Positions 41,583 through 55,600 of a stretch of DNA of 64,000 nucleotides are shown in pieces. A model generated the notes under the pieces. The model had not been told where the DNA came from, searched no databases, and saw nothing but the letters and a program-made list of their open reading frames with translations. Numbering within the stretch: position 1 is the first letter of the stretch; every line of letters begins with the position of its first letter. The stretch comes from Gnetum montanum (lineage: Eukaryota; Plantae; Gnetophyta), in the NCBI GenBank assembly GCA_015680685.1, contig MNCI01002748.1, positions 5,854 to 69,853 on the forward strand, in the 5' to 3' direction. The position numbers and the translations under genes were made by a program.

Positions 41583-42463
41583 TGATGAGTAGTGAGGTAC
41601 CCCTACGCCCAACCATACAAATCACGGGCATTCACATGTGACTCGATCAAATTCTGTAGACTATAAGCACTTGCATACACCAAACTCTAACTAGCAAAAT
41701 CGTATGTTAGAACAGTCGTTGTCTTCCCAACCTTACTTGTGATGTTCTAATGTGATGGTTAAGTGAGATTGAGGCAAATGATTTTTATTGGTTTTCTTTT
41801 TATCTTCTAACATCTAATTCTTGAAATGTAAGAAATGAAATGTTGTGTAATCTATAATTGTTCTACTCTATCTCTTAACTCTCCCTAGCATAAGGAACCG
41901 ATCCCATCTTCCATGCACATCTTGAGCATCCCCTAACCACTGCTGGATTACTAGGCATTAAGCGTCACTGGGTTGCCAAGTGTTGGGTTTATGTTCGAGA
42001 TGGTCGTACTTATGGTTCTTACAAAATATAAAAGAGCAATAATGGTAAAGTGATAACAATGAAGACTTAAAAAATTATTAAAGTGTTGGAATATTAAACT
42101 ATTTAAATGCTTAAATAATTAAATCCAAATGCTACAAGGAATGCTTAAAAATCTCGTCTTTATTGCCGGTCACGCCAATGGGCTTAGGTACATTAGTGCT
42201 CAAATAAAGAGTCGTACACCTTTCTCACACCTGCTGCGAGCACTTGGAAAATATTCTAACTCTTACGGGAACAAACTGCAAGAGTTTTGTTAGGACTACT
42301 CAAAAATATGCCTAAGTGCAGTAGGTGACCATTTATTGATAGCTAAAGACAGAATCTACGTAAATGAGGCCTAGTCGATGCATGGATGGATGCGTCAACG
42401 CGACCGCGTCGACGGGGCTCCGTTGACGCGGCCCAGTCGACGCATTGACTAAATACTTCATCA
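41583..42463 (-). repeat. 5' LTR of element B
   Basis: Adjacent to the PBS. Retains a CG-rich GTCGAC motif cluster at ~42360-42450. Confidence 0.93.
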
Positions 42464-42929
42464 CCATCTATGCCATTTGAATCATGACATTGCAAAGATC
42501 ATTTTTCATTTTGGCGCATGCTATATGTTTGAGGAAAATTAATATTACTTTATTAGATACTAATATTTTATTAATTGTAATTTTTTAAAATTTGATTATT
42601 TAATTTGGTAAACTTCAAACAAGTGTCATTAGGATTGTTATTTTGCATACTATTTATTAGAATAAATAGTTAAATTTTTCAACCTCTCCATTTTCATGGT
42701 TATGCTAATATCTATTTGTCTTTAAATGAATTTTATATAATTATATATGCAAGTAATAAGAAATTTTGTTGTATTGTGTTGCTCTATTGATTTTACACTT
42801 CTAATTGATAAATTTTATTTATTTTATAGCTTCCTTCTAAATTAGTAAATCAAGGCTAAATCTAGATCCCTAGGATTTTGTAACATTTCTATTAATTATT
42901 TATATGATTTTATAGATAATTAATAGGGA

Positions 42930-45185
42930 TGTTACACAAATGTTTTCAAAGTAGAGGTGAGCTGGGCAACATTGAAGCTAGTATAGCTAAAGGATGATCA
43001 GACAGTGGTTAGAGTAACTTCATGGCCTACAAGGAAGTAAAGGTAGGTAAGTGGAAACCAAAGATGGAGAAAGTTAGCAAAGATCCAACTATGCAACACA
43101 TGTACCATAGGCTATATGAGGTTGACACTAGGTGAAAGAGCTAAGACAAAGGAGAAGCTTAAAGTCTACGAGTCATTGTGAAGAAAGTTAAAAAGGTTAG
43201 TTTCAAAGTAGGATATATTACCTAAGGATTGCATAGTGGCAAGGGGGATCACATTGAAATTGTCAAGAATGATATATGATGTAGCATCAACAATGCGAAG
43301 CAAGACCTCCTCCTTAAAGATAGTCCTACCATTATTAGTCAATGGGACATGAACCATCATGAGGTGAATTTGGTTCCAAGAGGTAGAAATGAACATTTGT
43401 TCTATATAGAAGTTATGAAGGTGAATTAAGGAACACCAACAAAGGCCCAAGCTGGAATAATGCTTATTCATGTAGCTAGTAAAGTGGAGTCATTGTCAAG
43501 GTAGGTAATGTAGGGAACTTCATCATTTGGTTTTTTGCATGCATAAAATATGATTTTTATTAGTAGAAGTAAAATCAAGTATCTATTATGGTTAGCAAGG
43601 GCCATTGAGCCTCCCACATTCCATGAGGCAACATTCATTACAAGAGATCAAGGTTCGCGTAGTTGTGTAGTACACCATTTGGCATTGTTTGGCTTGGGAT
43701 TTCTTGTTGTTATCCAAAATTTGACATGATGACTAGAGCTAGTAGAGGCAAAATCTCAAGGATTTGATGAATATGGCATATTCTATGACCTTGGTTCATA
43801 GGAGTGTTTCTTGCTAGACTCACAAATTTTAATGTCCATGATGGTAGTCTTAGAAGTGGGCGTAGTAAGTGCAATGTCCATGGGAATGAAGTTTGTGAGC
43901 AATCCATCCCCTATGAGGCATGAAGTATGAGGTGTGTTTGTTGGTAGTGAAGCAATGTTAGACCCTAGGGATGCATGTGGGTTGGTATGAGAGGGAGGGT
44001 GGACAAGATTGCTCAAGAGAGAAAGGTTTTGGGTTTGGGCATGATTCAAGAGGATGGGGGGAAGGGGCCAAGCAGGGATGCGGAAGGCAGGGAGGTTAGT
44101 AGTGTTGTATGGCAGTGAGGAATGAGGATGGGAGCTATGAATTATATGAGTGGGTGGGGATAATTAAGGGTGATGAATTGGAAGAGTTGTGTGACATTGA
44201 GGGAGAGGAAAAGGTTGTTAGCAAGGTAGAAGATGTGGCTATGGTGGATGGAGCTATGGTCAATGAGTTACATGGTGTCGAAGTTGATGTTTTTTGTTGA
44301 CAAGTTTGGGGACGATTGTTAGCAGTAGCCTCAAGACACTACTTGGCAATGTGACTTTGTTGTAGCTAAATTCAGTAGTTGTTTAGAAAATTTTCAAATT
44401 CAATGAGTTGCTAATTAACACCAAAAGGGCCATCAAGATAGATCTTCAAGTGGAGGTTAGTTGTGAGTGGCATGTATATGCACTACTTGGCATCAATCAA
44501 TTGAGTTTTATTAGTGATGGCATTGTCAAAGGCAATGACCTTGCCAAACTCAAAGTAATAGCAAAGATTTCATGAACCCTGAACTCAATGGAGAATCCTT
44601 GAAGATTAATGTAGGTATTGGTGAGTGTTGTTGTGCCCATTCCCAAGCTTAGGGATCCATTTTTCCAATATAGTAGCTAATTATCAAACAATTGTGGATC
44701 CATGAAGAGCAACTCATTCATCACACTATTTGAATCAAAGGAAAAGAGGGTCCTATTACCTTTGAAGGGGGTGATTATTATGCCAATTGTGTGTGGGCCC
44801 ATTGGCATTTAAGAGATGAGACATGAATGATGAAGGTGTTGATAAGGATGTGTTAGTGTCATTGTGTTTGATGCTTAATAATGTCTAATGGTGAGCTTGT
44901 CAATTGAGGGTTCTTTGTAAAAGTGAGGACTAGGGTGGAAAACTGTGTCCTTTGGGGACACATGGGGCATTGAGGCATGGGAAGCCACCCTAGAGACTAT
45001 TGAACAAATGACTAGTACAATGGTTGAGCAAATCAATAGTTGACAAGCTAAAATCTCATTGAGGGAAGGTGGCATCCTGTGGGAAATCAAGGTTTGGAGA
45101 GTAGAGGAAGTAGAGGTAGTAGCGAACATGAGAGTGAGGAGGGGTGAACTAACAAAAGTTGACCAATGAAGAATGCAAGCCCACA
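42930..45185 (-). mobile_element. decayed L1-type LINE: ORF1 remnant and the start of the ORF2 endonuclease, 3'-truncated
   Basis: ORF2 start MNVASWNVG at 43638 and a GDFN-like ILDNFNVI near 43260. Upstream ORF1 remnants resemble DUF4283 plus a zinc knuckle (FSFDSNSVMNELLFMDPQLF, GKVIAFD) with a Pro/Ser-rich tail. Confidence 0.7.
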
Positions 45186-45289
45186 AAATAATTTTAGTAT
45201 CAGTGTTGTTATTGTAATACTTGGACTTATGATATCATTTTGACCTAATGCTTAATATGATTTTGCTTTGGCTTTCAAATGTTTTTAAA

Positions 45290-46600
45290 AGAAAATCACC
45301 TTGGCAGTAAAACTTTAAAAGAGGAAGGTCATGCGTTACTAAGACATGCTGCAAAGTCTCCCATCGCAACACTGCTACAAGCCGTTTAACACGTAGAAGT
45401 CGTAGCAGCTGCGGAAGAGAGACGCCACTACCAGACAAGAAAGTCTTACATGCTTACAATGTGTCCAAACGAACTTTCTTATTTTCTTTCGAACTTACCC
45501 ACCTTCTGCAACTCTCCCTCCATCTTTGCAATCGGAGGTCTAGTATCCGTTTCTAAATTTTCGATGTGAGGGCATTCTTTGGAGAACGAAACAGCTAGTG
45601 CATTATAGGGATCTCGTTGAAGCATCTTTTTGCTGGCCTGTGATTTGGCTTTGGAACATAAGGCATGGGCAAGAACAAGAAGAAGAAGCAGAATGCCAAT
45701 ACTAACACCAACGCGATCCAGAAACAAACAGACGATGCTGTTTCTGTTTCGTCCGTGTCGTCCGTCAAAGATATGCAAAATGACATGGCCAATGCCGAGC
45801 TCTTGCTGCCCGCAGAGACCGACGGAGCTCTACAGGCCAACGCTAAATGCGAAAACGGAATACATGTGAGGTTTTTTTTAACTCAGTTATGCTCGTGAAT
45901 TGTTTGTTTGTTTGTTTCTTTTTTTCTTTTTAAATTTTCTTGCGCGTAGATATTGTTGCTCAAGAAATATACAAAAAAGAATTTTGTGCATTCATTGCGT
46001 GGATCTGGCTTTAATCAACGATATGCATACATTTTGTCATGACCGAAATATTGCTGCTACTTCTAAGTTTCGCTTGAATGCCTCTTTTTTAAATTGTATT
46101 CATTGAAATATTGCTTTTCGGTTAAGCATACGGCTAATTGTTGGCAGAATCGTAAGCATGCTTTATTTGATGTCAAGAGATGGCAATTCGAATCTCAAAA
46201 TGTTCGATTGTTTTGAATCTTACGCGGTATTAATATTGAAACGACTATTTTCGCCTTCAAACTGCATATTATTTGACACCTTTGCCTTGCCATCAATAAC
46301 TACAGGGAATTACTTGTACGAAGATCCATGAATTCTCTGGAAGAAGCAATAGTTTTTTCGCAATCATAAATATAATGATAATAAAAGAGGAATGATAAAG
46401 GTTATTTTTACAATCCGTTTCTGCACATAGTAGTCGCAAGACGGAGCAACTAATTGTTGAACTCCGTTGATGAAAAGTTCCAAAATATTTGTAAAAGCAA
46501 GACTAATGATTGATGATTTTCCCGGAAGACACGTTTCGTTTCAGATTTGTATCAACGGCATTACTGGTATGCATGAAGTATGAGGTAGTGTGATTAGTGT
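45290..46600 (+). promoter_or_regulatory. CG-retaining (likely unmethylated) promoter, first exon and 5' intron region of the host gene
   Basis: CG dinucleotides are frequent here and scarce in the flanking TE and intron DNA. The region spans the ATG at 45665. Confidence 0.55.
45665..45865 (+). CDS. exon 1, 67 aa, MGKNKKKKQN...KCENGIH
   Basis: ATG in a CG-rich region; donor CAT/GTGAGG followed by T-rich intron sequence; 201 nt, phase 0. Confidence 0.8.
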
Positions 46601-49600
46601 TCTCACAGACCGGTTCTGAGTATTGAAATATGTTTTCATTAATAATTACACCATAAGATATTTGTGATCATATGACATTTATCCAAATTATGGATTATGA
46701 TAATTTATTTTGAACTTTCACTCTGTAACAAAGCAGTGAAACGTATATGGTAGAATGTATATAGTAGAATTGTCTTCATGTGTTTGTTCACACAGCTTAG
46801 TGCTTAAGGAATTGATTTTCTTGCATAGATACCCATGTTTGGCTTACCGTACTCTTATGGTTACCTCTTGTATGTTAAGTGTATAGAGGTTCTACACTCA
46901 ACTTGCTGGGCGCATATGTAAGACATGGGATAGGCAGTGGGAAACTATGGTTGCTGTTTGGACTGCACACTAGGTCATCTTAAATTATTGAAATTGTCTT
47001 GTGGAAGATTCATCGTTGTCTGTACACAGTGCCTTGGTCTCCTGTTGACCCAATCAAGCTATAGATTGTGCATTGCTTTTAGCTGTATTTTGAGTGGACA
47101 GTGTACTAAATTTAAGGAGCATATTTAGAGTGTAACAACATCTACAACAGCAATTAAGATAACACTAAAACATTAGGACTTTATCATTTTAATGAAAAAC
47201 CTAATTTCTCATGTGCCATTAAAGTAAAAGCAGCCCCAACCATAACATATAATGTAGAAACGTACATGAGATTAAGTGAACAAATACAGATTAAATATAT
47301 TTGTCTTTACATCTACATTCCCGATAAAAATTGGCTATTTGAATATCACATTTACAACTAGGTTTTCCTGCTTTCCATGCCATTACAAATAGACTAGTTT
47401 AACTATATAGTTACAATATATATCTATAAATTTCTTGAGAGAATCTTTTCCCTTAAAAAAAATAATCTGAAGATATATTCTAAAAAATGTGTATGATATA
47501 AGATGAAAAATTTGAGAAGTATTATTTAGCATTACGTTATCCACCTTGTAGAAGATTATGGATGAAATATACTTTTACATTAGATATTCAGGGCATTATA
47601 GGGTTATGGATGAAATATAATTTAACGTTACAGGAATGGGGCCTCTAGAGCATTATGAACAAAAGATAATTTAGCTTTACAAGATTATGATGGGTAGTTG
47701 GCCTTCTTACCAAAGAAAATGAATTAAAGTGAAATAATATCAGTTGATTGAAAAAAGATTTGAAAGCATTAAAACATGACATGCTTCATCAAACATTTTC
47801 CTAGTTCTTGAAAGGTCAGATCTTCATTTCAAATTTATAAACACAAAATGTAGCATGTGACTACTCAGTAAAGTGTGAACAAAATCAAGAGGGGTTTTGA
47901 GTTAGTTTGCTGCATGAGTTAGCCCAAATGAAATATTTCATACATGAGTCATGAATCAAATGTTATTATGAAGTAACAAATAGTTCCCATTACATTCTTA
48001 CCTATTTTTACATTATAAATCCTCTCTTTCCGTACTTCATTTTTACCAGTATACCTACTAATTTTTTAATCAGAACTATACATGCTTTTTGCTAGTAAAT
48101 TGTCATACAAACTGTATTGTGTTTGCCTGACCATGTACTCTAGGAGAATGGGTAGCTTAAATGATTACAACATAATTGAACCATAATTGTTTTCTAGGGT
48201 TAAATAAGAATGCTGCATTTGTATTGGAGGAACTTTCATTGTAATCTTAGATGCTCAGATTGGTACTATGGTTATATGGGTTATAATTTAATGGGCTTCT
48301 TTAGCTCTTGATACACTCTTATTGATTTTGTACACTACAATAATATTATTTTAATAGTTGAAAAGACTTTGCATTCATATTACATATAAAAACATTTATA
48401 GAATGATCATTTCGAGGACAAGGAAATTTTAAGGTTCCAACTTTTTCCTGTCTTCAGATTAAACTTCAAGAGGAACTCAAAGAGCTGCAAAACAAGATTC
48501 TTTGTCTTGAGTCAAAGGTACACAAGCTTTTTAAACAGAATAATACTCCTTTTAAAACAGAATGATACTCCATATATAATAACCATATACTTGTTTTGCA
48601 TGGTACTTCAAGATGGATGTTTGTCCATTGTATCACAGTACATCATATAAATGAACGATTTTTTTCATTGGTGCTAATTGTTTATTGTCTGCTGAATAAT
48701 TTTTGCAGCCTAACGTTCAAGAAGAACTCAGAGATATGCAAAAGAAGATTTCTGTTCTAGAAGCAAAGGTATGATTAGTTCTGCCATAAGACAGAAACAT
48801 TAAGCAAACATGATATTATTGGAGTATATTTGGATACGCAATATTTTAGCTCACACATGTGTCTTGATAAAGAAAATTGTTTTTATTTCCTAGGGAAATG
48901 TATGTCATGTCCAACAAATTATGAAGAGATTAAATGGCCATGATGCTTAAATAAACCAGCCATCTACAAGGGGAATATAATGGAGAATATAATATAGAAA
49001 CAACAAAGAATATGTGCTAGAAGTTGGTGCATCTGGATGTTAGTAGCAGTGATACAATTTCTGTTTTTTTCTGATTCTAACGAACATGCCAAAATGTTGT
49101 TTCATAAAAGGAATAGTTGCTCTCTTGGCACATATTTGTCCTTCCATTTGAATGCCAAGTCTTCCAGATAATCATAACAGTAAAATAGGTTTAGGAAAGG
49201 ACCTATTTGGTTAGAAACATTTTAAACTGTACCAAAGTTAAAAACCTCTGCTAAATTGGTCTGACAAAGTTTGGTGTATTTAGAAGAATTTTACAGCATG
49301 CCAAGCAACTTTGGGAATCATATCTATATTTAGTTCATACCTAAAACTTAATTCATGGGCTATTAATCTACTCAACATGCCAAATACGATCATAACATTT
49401 GACAACTGGACAGCTGCTATATGTAGAAAGTAGAAACTGTTAACAACTATTGTTCAATGCTCTACCCACACGAAGACAAATGTACATAAAGTCAAAATAT
49501 TTTTATTTATTTTTCAGTTTATGGGCAGATGTAAACTATTTTGGCCCCAACTCACTTTTATTCTGCATAAATTTCTTTATTTTCACTATGGGGAATGGCT

Positions 49601-52600
49601 TCTCAAGTTCCCCAAGTATAGCCCCAATCATTTCCTATAAATTGTAAGGCCATACACGAATGAAATGACCAATTTTGAAGGAAATAAAGTTGACATTCAA
49701 TTTTTTTTGTAATTTAATGTTTTTTCATATTCCCTTCTTCTTTCATTTACACATCTATCACTAGTATCAACTTCCATTCTCAATTATTAATTCAATGTCA
49801 TCAGTCATCAGTGCAACCAAATTATTAAGCAACCATTATATTAAATGCATTATCAAGATTTCTATAACTCATTGTCTCACAGTCTAGAATTTTAAACATT
49901 TCTGAATTATGACATCTAGAAGATCAAGAGTCAAAGCTACATAAGTCAACAATTTAAGGAGAAGTTTTTAACAAAATTGGTATTGGAGTCAGTCATCATG
50001 AGCTTCAACAAGGAAATAGCCAAATGTCCCATTGTCTTCAATGGGACCCAAGATTTCATTCTTTGGAAAGAAATGATGAGATGACTTCTAAAAGTTAATG
50101 AAGTATGGGATGTGATAGAACCTGTAGAAGCCCATATCACAATAACCCCAGAAGGAGACAATAAAGACAAAAAAGATCCTCTGATTCAAGAACTCTTAGA
50201 AGAAGAAAAGTGGAAGAGAAAAAATTCACATGCAAGAATGATCATTATTTTCAATGTATCAGAAAAAATAGTTGGAAGATTGTTCTCATCAAAGACTGTT
50301 AAAGAAGTGTGTGAAAGATTATGCTCTGATTAACTAAGCAACACCAAAAATCAACATACAAAAGAACTGTTGTGCAAAATTCAATTTGACAAATTAGAAA
50401 TAAGAAGAGATGAAGACATTGAAGAGTTTTTTTATAAAGATGTACACTAGTATAAAAAACATTGATGAATTTGGATGTGGCTTTACTCAACACCATACAG
50501 TACAGAAAATTGTGGCAGCTCTTCACAGTTATCCTAGATACCAAAACATAATGATGAACTTTCTACAAAATAAAGAATTAAAGCAACCTGCTGTGGATGA
50601 TCTAGTTGCTTAAATCAGAACACTTGAAAGTTTGAGAACTGACAAAAATGATAAAGAACAAATCTTCACAGCCAATAGAGGAAGAGGAAGATTAAATAGA
50701 GGAAGAGAAAGATTCAATATAAGTTATTCTCAGGACCAAAACAACTTAGACAAGTTAGAGACTTTACAAAGAGATAACAGAGGTAGAGCTTTCATAAAAG
50801 GAAGTAGGAACTCACAAGGACAAAGAAATGCCTAGATCCCTCTATGCAAACTTTGTAATTAAAGAGGCCATACCATAGAAGTATGTTGGTACAACTCTGG
50901 ACTTGATGCTCTTCAACTCCAAGACAAAGATGAAGGAGCAATTACATCAAATCAAGAAAATCACCAAGGTAAGATCAAAGCTCTCAATTCCAGCAAAATA
51001 ATTAAGTAAAATTTTTGGATTATAGATAATAAATGCTTAAATCACATGACACCATACAAGTCTCACCTTCTTCAATACAAATAAAAAAGAATTGTAAGCA
51101 TAAAGATAGGAGATGTTAACCACTTTAACATAGAAGGAGTTGGAAACTGCATCATCAAATTACCAAACAACAAGGTTAGGGCCATCACTAATGTCTTTTA
51201 TGTACTAGATCTCTCAAATCTTCTTATCTCAATAGGACAAATGGTCAAGAAAGGAGTCAAAATCAGGTTCAAAGATGGCTGGTGCATTATTAAAATTCAA
51301 AACAATGAAGAAATCATTAGAACAAAAGCCTACAACAACAGAATCTATTGCATAGGTTGCAGTCACTTTGATCTAAGAGGAAACCTCATCCAAGATAATA
51401 ACTAAACTGTCGTTCAGGTTACTACTTTAGAAAAAGGAACACACAAAGATCCATATCAAAGCATTTCCAAACATCAAACAACAAATGAAGAAGAAGCCAA
51501 AATTTGGCAGAAAAGATTAGGACACACCTTTTACAACAAACTAGAAGAAATGACGAAGTTAAAGAAAGCAATAGGAATTCAAATCAGAGATGCTCCAAAG
51601 AAAAATGTGAAATATGCATCCAGAAAAGCAAATCAACAGTCCTCACACAACAACTATGCAAAGAAAAGAAAGCCCTTTTGATCTTCTCCACATGGATTTC
51701 ATTGGACCTATGCCTATCACCTCGATAGGAGGAGCTAATTATACACTTGTCATGGTAGATGATTTCTCAAGATATACCTAGACATACAATGTGAAGAGCA
51801 AGGTTGAGGCAATAATCAAATTCAGGGACTTCTACACTATCTTGAAAAACACAATGGGCCTGTCCATCAAAGCCATCAGATCAAATAGAGGGGAGAGTTT
51901 ATCAATCAAGAATTCAAAGATTTTTGTACACATCAAGGCATTTTTCATCAAATCACATGTGGATATAGTCCACAATCAAATGGCATTGTAGAAAGGAAAA
52001 ATAGAACTTTGCAAGACATGGTGATATGTCTTCTTAAAAATGCTTAAATCTCTAAACAATTTTTGAAGCATGGCCATGAATGTAGCAACCTACATTACTA
52101 ATAGAATAATCAATAGTAGCAACAAAGATAAGTCCCCCTACGGACTCATCTACAGAAAACTTCCAAATATAAAACACATGAGAACATTTGGATGTCATTG
52201 TTATGTCAAAATTCTAAAGCAATTCAGAAATAAATTGGACAGCAGAGGAAAGAAATGCAATTTTTAAGGATATGGCATCAAGACAAGTGGATACACTTGC
52301 TATGATCCCGTAGACAAAGAATGGCACTTATCTAGAGATGTGGTTTTCATGGAAAATAAATTTGGTGTGAAAGATTTTCAAAATTCAAATGATAGGACAA
52401 AAGTACAAAACAATCCCAAACCATGGGTACAAAAAAATCACCCTCAAGAACAAATGTTGGACAATAACTTTGAGAGAAGAACAACTAGATCTAATGCCAT
52501 TAGCAACATAGCATACTCAGCTCTCTCTCTTGAACCAAAGAATGTAGAAGAAACCTTGAGAACAAATATATAGAAAGAAGCTACAGACAAAGAATATGAA

Positions 52601-55600
52601 GCCGTCATGAAAAATGAAAAACAAAACATGGGAATTAGTGGACAGACCAAAAGGAGAAGACCAAATTTAATGAAAAAGGAGAAGTCATCAAACATAAAGC
52701 AAGACTAGTTGTAAGGGGGTTCAAACAAAAGAAGCACATAGACTATGAAGAGATTTTTGCTCCAATAGCAAGATTTGAAACCATCAAACTCATTCTCTGA
52801 ATTGCTGCTCATCACAAACTCAAATTACATCAGCTGGATGTAAACTCAGTTTTCCTAAATGACAATATCAATGAAGAAGTGTATGTTTATCAACCAGAAG
52901 GATACACTATCAAAGGTAAGGAAGATTAAGTCTACAAATTAAAGAAAGCTTTATATGGCCTAAAACAACTCCAAGAGCTTGGCTCCATAGAATCAATGAC
53001 CATTTTCTACAAAAGGGTACTCATCTTGCATGTTTGAACCAAAACTATACTATAAACATGATTCAAGGACTTCATAATAATCTCTCTCTATGTAGATGAT
53101 CTCATTTTCATAGTCACAAATGATGAACTTACAGAGGACTTCAAGACAAACATGAAGAATGAATTTGGAGTGAAAGACCTAGGATAGTTGAAGTATTTTC
53201 TTGGATTACAAGTTGACCAAGTTAAGGAGGGAATCGAAATTCATCAAACAAAATATGCAAGAACCATTTTAGAAAAGTACAAAATTAGCAAAGAGAAAAA
53301 CCCCAATACTCCTTTTCCTTACAACAAAAATCTAAAGAACAAAGACAACACTGCCATAGTTGATGCCACTTTGTATAGAAGCATGATTGGAGCACTTAGA
53401 TTTCTTTGTCACACCAGACCAGACCTGGAATTTGCCATCTCTCTTCTATCAAGATTCATGCAAGAACCTAGATAGTCTCATCTCAATGCTCTCATCTATA
53501 TACTCAGATATGTAAAAGGCACAACAGATCATGGAATCAATTACACCAAAGGAGATGGACAATTTCATGCTTATTCAAATGCTGACTGGGGAGGAGACCA
53601 TGATGATAGAAAATCTACATCAAGATCAATAATATTTCATTGAAATAATGCAATACATTGGAAGTAAAAAAAACAAAAAAAAAACAAACATCAATTAGTC
53701 TTTCAACTTATGAAGTAGAGTTTATTGCCATGATAGAATGTACTCAACACATCTTGTGGCTGAAGAATCTCATGAATCATCTTGGTTTTCACATAGAACT
53801 CCCCATCAACTTATATTGCGACAACACTTCAACTGTACAACTCTTAGATGAAAATGTTCTTCACAAAAAATCAAAGCACATTGATATAAAATATTATTTT
53901 ATCAAGCAATAAGTAAAGGAGGGAAAAATCAAACCATTACATGTGAATACTAATAAATAATTGTTAGACTTACTCAGCAAACCTCTTCTTCATTACAGGC
54001 ATGAGCACCTTTGCAATAATATAGGCATCAAGACAATAAGGAAGGAAGACAGAAAACATTGCCCTCTAAAGGAGGGACTGTTAACTAGTGTCCAATTCTC
54101 TACTCATATGAAGACAAATCTACATCAAGTCAAAGTATTTTTATTTATTTTTCAGTTGATGTGCATATGTAAACTATTTTGGCCCCCAACTCACCTTATG
54201 TTTGCATAAAAGTTTTTATTTTTACTATGGGGAATCACTTCTCAAGTTCTCCAAGTGTGGCCCTAATCATTTCCTATAAATTATAAGGCCATATATGAAT
54301 GAAACGACCAGTTTTGAAGGCAATAAAGTTGACATTTGATTTTCTTTGCAATTTAATGATTTTTCATATTTTTTTCTTCTCATTTACACATCTATCACTA
54401 GTCTCAATTTCCATTCTCAATTATCAATTCATTGTCACAGTGCAACTAAATTATTACACAACCATCATATTAAATGCATTATCAAGATTTCTATAACTCA
54501 TTTTCTCACACTCTAGAAATCCAAACATTCCAGAATTATCACATTTGGAAGATCAAGAGTCAAAACTAGATAAGTCAACAATTCAAGAAGAAGTTTTTAA
54601 CAGAAACCACTTTTCATTTTTTGATTTTTTTTGGGTTGATTTTAAGGAAGATTCACTTCCTTATACTACCAGTAGCTTGTCTTGTGTGAAAACTTGAAAA
54701 CAACTCAACATATGCTTGAAATTTTAAAAAATAACCACATTAGGTTTTGAAATTTCAAGTCTTGGAACTGTTTACTTAAAAATTTCATAAAATTGTTTTA
54801 ATATCTCTGTACTTCCCTTAAATCTTCATCAAACATACAAAAAAGTGAAATCATGGCACCATGTTGACTGAGGGCTTATTTTAACTTTATGAATAATGAA
54901 TTGATTATAATTTGAAGAAAAAGCTGTATGCAAGTCCATTATAGTGAAAAATTTAAAGTAAATATTCGAGCTGGTGGCAAATCTTTCCTGATTTTTATTT
55001 GGTTTGTCATGATAAAGAAAACCTCTTGCTGAAACATTAAGTTAGTAGACTTCTTTCCTATATCTTCGGCATAAGTAAGAAACTAAGAATAGAATTCTAA
55101 TGAACTGTTTTGTGAAAGGATTCTGAGACGTATAACTCTTAGTTTCTTGAAGTTATAGTGTTGTATGAGCTTGTTTAGAAGATTTATGCTTCTAATCAGC
55201 ACCATAATTCTGTCATCAGATGCTATCAAATCCTTGTTGCATCGGTTATTAATAATATCAACCGAATGGTTTGTTTTGACAATATGAAACCTTGCTTGTT
55301 TGTGATACTAAATCTTGATACTTGAACTGCTGTTGCAGCCTAATATTGAAGATGATGTGAGAGAGCTGGGAAACAAAATTTCTGATCTTCAGAGAGTGGT
55401 ACTATACTTTTGCATTATGAGTAATTGATTACAGATTGGAAGCTATTGAGGCATAATAATTAAATGTATTTAGATATGCAAATTTACTATTCCAGATGTA
55501 AATCTTTATAGAACTAAACACATACGTATTCTCTTGGTAAGATAGCATGTTGAGTCTTTTGACCACACTTTGAAAAATAAATTCAGTCCAAAATTTCCAG

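Larger units (their letters stand above)
29180..42463 (-). mobile_element. full-length decayed Athila-type Ty3/Gypsy LTR retrotransposon (element B), related to but distinct from A
   Basis: LTRs 29180-30074 and 41583-42463 (TGATGAG...TTCATCA). PBS TGGCGCCATTGTCGAGGA at ~41564-41581 (tRNA-Asp type) and PPT at 30075-30083. Colinear with A throughout. Flanks AATAA and CCATC do not form a TSD. Confidence 0.93.
49438..54602 (+). mobile_element. full-length decayed Ty1/Copia LTR retrotransposon inside intron 3
   Basis: LTRs 49438-49973 and 54079-54602 (TGTTAAC...TTAACA). TSD GAAAC at 49433-49437 and 54603-54607. Decayed iMet PBS TGGTATTGGAG at ~49978 and PPT AAAGGAGGGAC at 54068-54078. Copia domain order gag-PR-INT-RT (LYVDDL ~53090)-RH (KSKHIDIKYYF). 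Confidence 0.95.

Noticed and set aside
45235-45840. Minus-strand ORFs overlapping the promoter and exon 1
   Set aside because: Non-ATG or shadow ORFs arising from higher GC content, with no recognisable motifs or splice structure.
45665-45898. 77-aa single-exon ORF from the track
   Set aside because: The last 10 codons read through a strong donor (CAT/GTGAGG) into T-rich intron sequence. It is better modelled as exon 1 ending at 45865.
47505-47690. Degenerate ~50-bp tandem repeat in intron 1, checked as additional mini-exons
   Set aside because: No AG/GT boundaries or similarity to the 20-aa module; an ordinary decayed minisatellite.
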